Positions 1 to 4,952 of a stretch of DNA of 5,205 nucleotides are shown here, in pieces (the first letter of the stretch is position 1; every line of letters starts with the position of its first letter). Position numbers and translations under genes: made by a program. This DNA comes from a virus. The notes beneath the pieces are model-generated. The model was not told the origin of the DNA. It ran no database searches and saw nothing but the letters and a program-made list of their open reading frames with translations. Location of the stretch: positions 1 to 5,205 of the IMG/VR virus record IMGVR_UViG_3300045988_166337; one strand, 5' to 3'.

Positions 1-119
1 AACCATAACTACTAATATCGCCAGCAATGGCGGAAACTTGATCAAGGTAATCTGTAGGAATCTGCAAAAAATCCGAATTTATCTGGGGAACAGCAGCAGG
101 AGTAGTACCTGTAGCACCA
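1..119. repeat. Terminal redundancy: bases 1-119 are identical to 5087-5205. This is the assembly overlap of a circular 5,086-nt genome, not a biological LTR or att site.
   Basis: Checked base by base: 'aaccataactactaatatcgccagc...gtagcacca' is present at both ends, offset by 5086. The repeat lies inside the VP1 coding frame, and joining the ends restores one continuous ORF. Confidence 0.95.
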
Positions 120-1516
120 AATGTTCTCTGAAGAGCAAACGACATAAGGGAAGCACCGTCGCGCAGAATTCCATGAACCTCATCCATTTTGTCCTTCCAA
201 TTACTATAACGGTCATTATAACCGAACACGTCATCACCAGCGGTGATTGCTTGGTCGGAGGACAACTGACGGGCATAGATTGGCTCGTTACCTACGTTCT
301 GAAGAATAGGATTAGCCATATCAGATTGAGAATCTTGAATAAGATAACGGGTAAGAATAGGGTCAACACCTGTAGAATAAGTAACCTTTGGAGACAACCA
401 CGTAACGACCATGAGGTACCCGGGCTCCATAGCTGTAAATCCATCGATTACAAGGTCATTGCCATCTACAAAGGCCGAACCGAACTTAGCAGCCATACCA
501 GACATAGGATTATTGAGGCTGTCGCTCGAATCATAGAAATTGGAGGTCTGATATACACCTTTTGAATAGACATCGAAAGAGCCAGAACCAAGGAGAACAG
601 GACGCTGTGCGATAGCGTCATTTAGGTTAGCACCATACTGGGCTTTGACGTAATCGACAAGACGATTTCCTGCAAGATTGTTACGCTCCAAGAATTGCTG
701 CATAGAATTGGCCGCACGAAGAGCGCTAATGGTAAACTTACCTGTGGCGGCTGAAGTATCGAAAGAAACAGACTGGGCGATACCATTTTGAGGAGACGGA
801 GTGCAAGAGGTGTATAGGTCAGAGCCAAAATTAGCCTGGCGAAGTGCTGTAATATCGACACCGTCAGCGAACTTTGAACCTCCAGCAGTAGCTTCGGTAG
901 AAGCAGAGTTAAACGTAAATGTATTACGATTCGCAGCAAGACTGCAAGGAACAACGACAGAAGAAGTAGCAGGGTTATACACAACAGACGCAGCAAGGGC
1001 GTTATTAAAAATATCCTTCTGAACAAGGCTGTTTCTGAACCAATCATTATATATCTTGTGATATGCAAGCATAGGCAGAGCGGAAAGCTTGACACCCTGT
1101 AACTCGGTAAAAGAAGTATGGGCACACTTATAGCCAAGATAGTCGAGAAGTGATCCGTTACCATAAGCGGCTTTATCTGTCTCTGGGTTGAAATAGAGAG
1201 TAGGCAAAACTACCTTTGCGGAGGTAGTGCCATTTGCTTTACCTGTAAGCCAATCCTCATAACGAGCAACGAGAATACGGGTAGGAACAAAGAAAGCAGC
1301 GTATTTCTGGCGAACACGCATGAAAGTATCTGACGCAAGAGGCGGCAGCTGAGTAGTAATCGCCATACGTAGGCGAACAGTGGTGTTCGGTATCAATTCG
1401 TCTGTTAGAATTGGGATTATCGTACCGACTTTACCAGTGAACAGGTTCTGAAATGATTTATCAAAACCCGATTTGCGTTGTACCTTAATGGGTACTTTGT
1501 CGTAAATGTTTGCCAT
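1..1516 (-). CDS. Microviridae major capsid protein VP1 (F-protein family). Start is ATG at 1516..1514. The frame stays open to window position 1 and continues by circular wrap through 5086..4953, giving 549 aa in total. Within the window this is 3'-partial.
   Basis: I translated the minus frame codon by codon from 1516 to 1 and found no stop. The N-terminus reads MANIYDKVPIKVQRKSGFDKSFQNLFTGKVGTIIPILTDELIPNTTVRLRMAITTQLPPLASDTFMRVRQKYAAFFVPTRILVARYEDWL. The PxxDTF and FFVP-R-W signature is typical of microvirus VP1/F jelly-roll capsid proteins. The wrap-around C-terminus is confirmed by track ORF 4953..5153(-), whose apparent start is an internal TTG (Leu). Confidence 0.92.
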   Translation of the reverse strand, partial: MANIYDKVPIKVQRKSGFDKSFQNLFTGKVGTIIPILTDELIPNTTVRLRMAITTQLPPLASDTFMRVRQKYAAFFVPTRILVARYEDWLTGKANGTTSAKVVLPTLYFNPETDKAAYGNGSLLDYLGYKCAHTSFTELQGVKLSALPMLAYHKIYNDWFRNSLVQKDIFNNALAASVVYNPATSSVVVPCSLAANRNTFTFNSASTEATAGGSKFADGVDITALRQANFGSDLYTSCTPSPQNGIAQSVSFDTSAATGKFTISALRAANSMQQFLERNNLAGNRLVDYVKAQYGANLNDAIAQRPVLLGSGSFDVYSKGVYQTSNFYDSSDSLNNPMSGMAAKFGSAFVDGNDLVIDGFTAMEPGYLMVVTWLSPKVTYSTGVDPILTRYLIQDSQSDMANPILQNVGNEPIYARQLSSDQAITAGDDVFGYNDRYSNWKDKMDEVHGILRDGASLMSFALQRTFGATGTTPAAVPQINSDFLQIPTDYLDQVSAIAGDISSYG

Positions 1517-1530
1517 ATCTTTTTTTTTTG

Positions 1531-1563
1531 TTGCGCATTGCGCCCAAGGGCGCGGCTGCGCAG
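1531..1563. other. GC-rich structured element in the ORF184-VP1 intergenic region. It has tandem TTGCGCA/TTGCGCC (1531-1543), the palindrome GCGCCCAAGGGCGC (1540-1553) and the palindrome CTGCGCAG (1556-1563). It is followed by T10 (plus strand) directly upstream of the VP1 ATG.
   Basis: Read directly from the sequence. Possible roles are a complementary-strand origin or a Rep/packaging recognition region, and these are inference only. Confidence 0.5.
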
Positions 1564-1594
1564 TATGCTTTGAGAAAAGGTCAAACGCTTCGCG

Positions 1595-2149
1595 TTAGCC
1601 TATATGAGTTGCGCAATGATGGCGCAACTCTCGTCGCTCGTCGCTCCGTACGCTTTGGAAAAGCTGCGAAAGCAAAATTTTGTCAGAAGCACCGCTAAAG
1701 CGATGCTTAAGGTTAAGACTTGGAGGACAGCCAAGGGAAAGCGCATCACGAGAGAAACTGAAGAACATTGGCGTACATCGGTGGTGTAGGTTGTCTGTTT
1801 GGCTGTAAGATGAACTGGCGTAGGCGTTAGCACGCAGCGTTATTTTTCCGTTGTCCGTACGGTTGTTCGGACAACTTCGGAAAAATAGTCGAGTGCAAGA
1901 CGTTTTCCTAGGATTGAAATTTAGTCCGATAGTGTCCTGCTTGTTAGTAACGTTTACGGTGGTTGGGTTGTTGGTTGTGATTGTGACGGTTGCGGAAGTG
2001 TTTTCAGAGGAGGCACGAACAACAGCTTTAGTGTTCGCACAAGATGAAAGAGACCAAGCACCAGCAAAGGCAAGTGCAAGAAGCACGAAAAGGCGAAGCC
2101 ATAACGGCAAGGCTTTCAGCCACGAGAGAATTTTTTCTAGAGTTTGCAT
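1595..2149 (-). CDS. Putative secreted lipoprotein, 184 aa. The N-terminus MQTLEKILSWLKALPLWLRLFVLLALAFAGAWSLSSC- is a signal peptide ending in a lipobox (L-S-S-C). It is followed by a Thr/Asn-rich linker (TSATVTITTNNPTTVNVTNKQDT) and a Cys/Arg/His-rich C-terminal part.
   Basis: ATG at 2149..2147, 17 nt after the Rep stop and on the same strand. The n-region, h-region and LSSC lipobox are clear. The 3' half (about 1595-1900) coincides with GC-rich hairpins and repeats and has an odd amino-acid composition, so the true C-terminus is uncertain. Confidence 0.4.
   Translation of the reverse strand: MQTLEKILSWLKALPLWLRLFVLLALAFAGAWSLSSCANTKAVVRASSENTSATVTITTNNPTTVNVTNKQDTIGLNFNPRKTSCTRLFFRSCPNNRTDNGKITLRANAYASSSYSQTDNLHHRCTPMFFSFSRDALSLGCPPSLNLKHRFSGASDKILLSQLFQSVRSDERRELRHHCATHIG
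1607..1650. other. Perfect hairpin AGTTGCGC-AATGATG-GCGCAACT (8-bp stem, 1607-1629). It carries a third copy of TTGCGC and its inverse, and is followed immediately by the tandem heptamer CTCGTCG CTCGTCG CTCCGTA (1630-1650).
   Basis: Inverted and direct repeats verified base by base. The element lies inside the 3' end of the putative lipoprotein ORF. Confidence 0.55.
1843..1885. other. Compound inverted repeat TTTTTCCG-TTGTCCG-TACGGTTGTT-CGGACAA-CTT-CGGAAAAA. The outer stem is 8 bp and the inner stem 7 bp, and it contains the palindrome CCGTACGG.
   Basis: Outer arms are 1843-1850/1878-1885 and inner arms 1851-1857/1868-1874. This is a candidate ssDNA secondary structure (sso-like) and it overlaps ORF184 codons. 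Confidence 0.5.
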
Positions 2150-2156
2150 ATAAATA

Positions 2157-2474
2157 TTAGAAATGATTAAAATTTGCTTTTTCTGAATGCTGCAAGATTA
2201 GTTTCGATGATAGTTTGCGCTCTTTGCGCTCGTTCACGCTTTTCGCTATCGCATACAATTTTGGACACGATAGCATACGTTTCATAACTTTCTGGAAGAT
2301 GTTCGTTGGCTGCCAATTGACGACATTTTCCAATAAAGTCTTGTTGAATGCGTTCTTGTAGAGCTCTCGACACCATCGTTGATAACGCAGTCGGGCGATA
2401 ACGCCCTGTAAGCGCATCTTTAACATAGAGTAATCGCATACGATAGTAGCGTGGGAGTTTGTATTGTTTTCCAT
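2157..2474 (-). CDS. Possible overlapping ORF (105 aa, strongly basic) in an alternative frame within the Rep 3' end. It ends 8 nt before the lipoprotein ORF start. This is speculative.
   Basis: True ATG at 2474..2472 and TAA at 2159..2157. About 19 K/R against 7 D/E. Microviruses do carry overlapping genes, but a random frame could give the same result. Confidence 0.15.
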   Translation of the reverse strand: MENNTNSHATIVCDYSMLKMRLQGVIARLRYQRWCRELYKNAFNKTLLENVVNWQPTNIFQKVMKRMLSCPKLYAIAKSVNERKERKLSSKLILQHSEKANFNHF

Positions 2475-3495
2475 TACATTTGTATTTTAATGATGTTGAC
2501 AATCTTTCAACTTGTTTACTTAACCAAAAAGGGTTTACGCCTGTAAACTGGTCGAAACTGGGCAAGTCCGACAAGTCGCCTAAAACGTCCTTACGAAGCT
2601 GCTTATCTCGTTTACGTGTGGGTACACCGAAGCCGATAGATGTAACCTTACGAGGCTTGGCAACCAATCCTTTGACTACAGCTGAATCTTCCAAACATTT
2701 CTGTTTGGTAATGTACTTGGATACATAACGAGCTGTGCGCTCTACATCGCAGGAAGCGATTTTTTTGAAGCAGGTGTAACCGTAATGAGTTTCCCAGTCT
2801 TTTTTGAATCTCATCACATCTTCATCAGATAATCCAACGAGAAGACCGTGGTAATGTGGTCTATGGGTACGAGGTCCATATTCTCCACAAATGAGGTAGC
2901 CGAAATCAACCTTACGGCCAGCGTGGTAGTCAATTTGCCTACGTACGCGCTTTTTCCATAGCTGAATATCTCTGTTATTGAGCGAATAGAGATTACACGG
3001 CCGTTCTCCGGTTTCCTCATCATATATATCACTATCAGAGATAGAATTTTCTGATTCTATATCCAAAGCAGCATAGTCTAGACCATGCCATTTATTTTCT
3101 TTCAAGGATGGAACATCGTAGTAAGAATCGAAGGGCATATCATTCGAATAATCGTCAACCTCGTCAGTCTGGAGGTAGAAATCAGAATTCTCTTCGAGCG
3201 GCTCACAATGTGGAGCGAAAGAAGCAGGACGATATCTTGACGGGTTTTTAAGTATAGGCACAAGATCACGCTCTATAACCTCTCCGTCAGCATCGAAAGC
3301 AACAGGAACGTGATCGTTTGCGTATGTGAGAGTGATAAACCAGAGCGAACCTCTTTTGGCTTGCTCCTCAATAGTACGGATAACAAAGGCGTTCTGATTG
3401 TCTTTAACACATTCAGGACATTTGCCGCAAGGTACATGAACGATTGTCTTTCGTCCACAGACCTCACGGGTTAATTGTACTGGGAAAACACACAT
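2167..3495 (-). CDS. Microviridae VP4 replication initiation protein (HUH rolling-circle endonuclease, A-protein family), 442 aa.
   Basis: ATG 3495..3493 and TAA 2169..2167. The N-terminal Cys cluster VPCGKCPEC is typical of gokushovirus VP4. RCR motif 1 is FITLTY (aa 53-58), motif 2 is PHYHGLL (HYH at 2848-2856) and motif 3 is ARYVSKYITK (Tyr257 at 2725-2727, Tyr261 at 2713-2715), with the same YxxxY spacing as phiX174 protein A. Confidence 0.93.
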   Translation of the reverse strand: MCVFPVQLTREVCGRKTIVHVPCGKCPECVKDNQNAFVIRTIEEQAKRGSLWFITLTYANDHVPVAFDADGEVIERDLVPILKNPSRYRPASFAPHCEPLEENSDFYLQTDEVDDYSNDMPFDSYYDVPSLKENKWHGLDYAALDIESENSISDSDIYDEETGERPCNLYSLNNRDIQLWKKRVRRQIDYHAGRKVDFGYLICGEYGPRTHRPHYHGLLVGLSDEDVMRFKKDWETHYGYTCFKKIASCDVERTARYVSKYITKQKCLEDSAVVKGLVAKPRKVTSIGFGVPTRKRDKQLRKDVLGDLSDLPSFDQFTGVNPFWLSKQVERLSTSLKYKCNGKQYKLPRYYRMRLLYVKDALTGRYRPTALSTMVSRALQERIQQDFIGKCRQLAANEHLPESYETYAIVSKIVCDSEKRERAQRAQTIIETNLAAFRKSKF

Positions 3496-3567
3496 AGCTA
3501 TTAACTAATTACTTTGTTTGCACCACAAAGATAGTAATAATATATAAATAAAACTATTTTTTTTGAA
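3496..3567 (-). promoter_or_regulatory. AT-rich 72-nt VP2-Rep intergenic spacer. On the coding strand it reads TAATTCAAAAAAAATAGTTTTATTTATATATTATTACTATCTTTGTGGTGCAAACAAAGTAATTAGTTAATAGCT(ATG). It contains TATCTTTG, which matches the Bacteroidetes -7 consensus TAnnTTTG, and a small hairpin CTTTGT/ACAAAG (3512-3530).
   Basis: The motif match and the inverted repeat are read directly from the sequence. Promoter function is inferred only by analogy to the Bacteroides sigma-AB consensus. Confidence 0.25.
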
Positions 3568-4548
3568 TTATTTTCCTACACCTTTGGCAAGTTGACCAAT
3601 AACACCTTGGTTTACACCTCCAAAAAGTTTTGACAAGATAGTAGCGGCTTGGATAAAGTCCTTTGCTAACTTTCCAGAAGTCTTTGAAGTGTCGAAAATA
3701 TTTCCGCTACGTATAAGATATTCGTATTCATCGGCAGTCTTACGAACTTCCTTTTCGTCAGCACTGGCGTTCTGTTCTCTGACCATAGCGGTGATATAGC
3801 CACTATCGATAAGTCCTTGCTCATAAGCGGCATGGACGAACTGGGCAGCGGCAGAAGCTTTTGCAGCTTCAGTCTGGGCAGACATCAAAGATCGCTGAAA
3901 CGGCAAAAGAGTAACGAGATTCTTAATCTCCTGATCGGTCTTACGCTCAATAGCTTTGCGCAATGAAGTTTCAGCAGCAGTAAGTAATCGACGCTCTTCC
4001 TCAGTAGCGGCTTGTTTTTTGAGTAGTTCAACCTCTTCACCAATCTTGGATATATTAGCTTTAATCTGCGAAATCTGGACATCACTGAGCTGTAGGCTAA
4101 GCTTCAGACCTTTCATGAGCAAATCATTATAGTCGTCACGTACTTTAGCATCTTTTTCCTTCAAGTCTGCATCTGCATTCTTGAGGCGTATATCAGCGTC
4201 AGCCAACTTATTTTGGATAGATAACTGCCTGGACTGCATAGCGAGCTGGGCAACCTGCGACAAGTCAAGCAAAGGAGTATTTACGTTGGCACCTTGAGCC
4301 TGGGCACTTGAAGTACCCTGTGTTGAAACTCCACCAGACATAGCCAAGGCAGGATTAACGCCTGCGGCTTGCATATCTGCAACAGTTCTTTGATATTTTG
4401 TACTATCAATTTGCTGGTTAAACTCACGCGAGCGTTGCGCTTCATACTTATTGAAAATATTTTGCTCTCTGCGAACCTTATCAGTATAGTTGCGGTTACT
4501 CATATTAGCGTATTGCTGAAGTAACGCTGTAAGGAATGCAAGTCCCAT
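3568..4548 (-). CDS. Microviridae VP2 minor capsid / DNA pilot protein (H-protein analogue), 326 aa.
   Basis: ATG at 4548..4546 (MGLAFLTALLQQYANMSNRNYTDK...) and TAA at 3570..3568. It contains the conserved ...ADMQAAGVNPALAM motif (GVNP at 4351-4362) followed by long Q/A/K/E-rich coiled-coil-like sequence, which is typical of gokushovirus VP2. The track's upstream extension begins at a TTG inside the ori-like hairpin, and I reject it. Confidence 0.82.
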   Translation of the reverse strand: MGLAFLTALLQQYANMSNRNYTDKVRREQNIFNKYEAQRSREFNQQIDSTKYQRTVADMQAAGVNPALAMSGGVSTQGTSSAQAQGANVNTPLLDLSQVAQLAMQSRQLSIQNKLADADIRLKNADADLKEKDAKVRDDYNDLLMKGLKLSLQLSDVQISQIKANISKIGEEVELLKKQAATEEERRLLTAAETSLRKAIERKTDQEIKNLVTLLPFQRSLMSAQTEAAKASAAAQFVHAAYEQGLIDSGYITAMVREQNASADEKEVRKTADEYEYLIRSGNIFDTSKTSGKLAKDFIQAATILSKLFGGVNQGVIGQLAKGVGK

Positions 4549-4575
4549 ATCTTTTATTTTTTTAATTGAACCTGA

Positions 4576-4596
4576 ACACACGGGGGGGGCGTGTGT
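4576..4596 (-). other. Hairpin ACACACG-(G)7-CGTGTGT (coding strand: ACACACG-C7-CGTGTGT), with a G8 homopolymer on the plus strand at 4582-4589. It lies 2 nt from the ori-like hairpin and 27 nt upstream of the VP2 ATG.
   Basis: Perfect 7-bp inverted repeat 4576-4582/4590-4596 enclosing a G homopolymer, in a genome that is otherwise AT-leaning. Confidence 0.55.
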
Positions 4597-4598
4597 CA

Positions 4599-4631
4599 CC
4601 TCGCATATTAATATCAAGTAAAGGTGCGAGG
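4599..4631 (-). promoter_or_regulatory. Candidate rolling-circle (viral-strand) origin. The hairpin stem is CCTCGCA/TGCGAGG (7 bp). On the coding strand its 19-nt loop reads CCTTTACTTGATATTAATA, which contains ACTTG^ATATTAATA, identical over 14 nt to the phiX174 gene-A nick-site core.
   Basis: Seen directly: plus 4606-4619 'tattaatatcaagt' is the reverse complement of ACTTGATATTAATA. The inverted repeat is 4599-4605/4625-4631. It is intergenic, immediately after the ORF85 stop. phiX174 ori is recalled as CAACTTG^ATATTAATAACACTATAGACCAC. Confidence 0.5.
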
Positions 4632-4632
4632 C

Positions 4633-4890
4633 TTACTCCTGCTTAACAGGAGCGGGGTCTTTTATTGTACCTTTGTCCTTGATATAGTCTCCCATACGGT
4701 ACGCATCAAACACGTCTGAAGGCTTGCCGAGTATCTCGGCAGGGTCTTCTATGCCATTATATTGGTCTTCAGAATCTGCAATTGAAGCAGGAACTTCGCC
4801 GTTAGCAAGACATTCGTTGAGGTCTACAAATCCGAATTGGTCAACCTCTTGTATATCCCTATCTGGATTAAATTTACATTCGCAAAACAT
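4633..4890 (-). CDS. Hypothetical small acidic protein of 85 aa (MFCECKFNPDRDIQEVDQFGFVDLNECLANGEVPASIADSEDQYNGIEDPAEILGKPSDVFDAYRMGDYIKDKGTIKDPAPVKQE). It sits between VP1 and VP2 and its function is unknown.
   Basis: ATG at 4890..4888 and TAA at 4635..4633, on the same strand as all other genes, in the gap between VP1 and VP2. The track's longer 102-aa version starts at a TTG (4941) that lies inside the terminator hairpin, so I prefer the ATG. I recognise no family motif. Confidence 0.45.
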   Translation of the reverse strand: MFCECKFNPDRDIQEVDQFGFVDLNECLANGEVPASIADSEDQYNGIEDPAEILGKPSDVFDAYRMGDYIKDKGTIKDPAPVKQE

Positions 4891-4907
4891 GACAATAATT
4901 TTATAAA

Positions 4908-4932
4908 GGGGAGAGGTGCTGGAACTCTCCCC
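4908..4932 (-). terminator. Candidate intrinsic terminator or attenuator just downstream of VP1. Stem GGGGAGAG/CTCTCCCC (8 bp) with a 9-nt loop. On the coding strand it is followed by the T-rich stretch TTTATAAAATTATTGTC.
   Basis: Perfect 8-bp GC-rich inverted repeat 4908-4915/4925-4932, 21 nt after the VP1 stop. The U-rich tract follows it on the transcribed (minus) strand. Microviruses are known to use leaky terminators after the capsid gene. Confidence 0.4.
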
Positions 4933-4952
4933 AGGAAACAAAAAACTTTTAG

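Noticed and set aside
1-119. Terminal direct repeat as a biological LTR, att site or TIR
   Set aside because: It is an exact copy lying inside a coding frame, and joining the ends makes one intact capsid gene. This is the signature of a circular contig's assembly overlap.
38-565. 175-aa plus-strand ORF, and the neighbouring 79..276(-) and 622..1164(-) ORFs
   Set aside because: These are antisense or alternative-frame ORFs inside the verified VP1 reading frame. They have no recognisable features and all real genes are co-oriented on the minus strand.
1851-2153. 100-aa plus-strand ORF with a hydrophobic stretch, and the 1510..1698(+) and 1604..1789(+) ORFs
   Set aside because: They are antisense to the lipoprotein ORF and the GC-rich island. 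GC-rich structured DNA produces stop-free frames on both strands. They are on the strand opposite to every other gene.
2814-4085. Internal minus-strand ORFs 2814..3032, 3273..3467 (inside Rep) and 3885..4085 (inside VP2)
   Set aside because: These are short alternative-frame ORFs within well-supported genes. They have no start context or features and are most likely chance.
4549-4617. N-terminal extension of the 349-aa track ORF (MILICEVTHAPPVCSGSIKKIKD)
   Set aside because: Its 'M' is a TTG located inside the ori-like hairpin loop, and the extension reads through two hairpins and the G8 tract. The ATG at 4548, which has the conserved AAAAGATATGG leader, is the credible VP2 start.
4891-4941. 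102-aa version of the small acidic ORF starting at 4941
   Set aside because: It starts at a TTG and the extra codons are simply the terminator hairpin GGGGAGAG...CTCTCCCC read as protein. I prefer the ATG at 4890.
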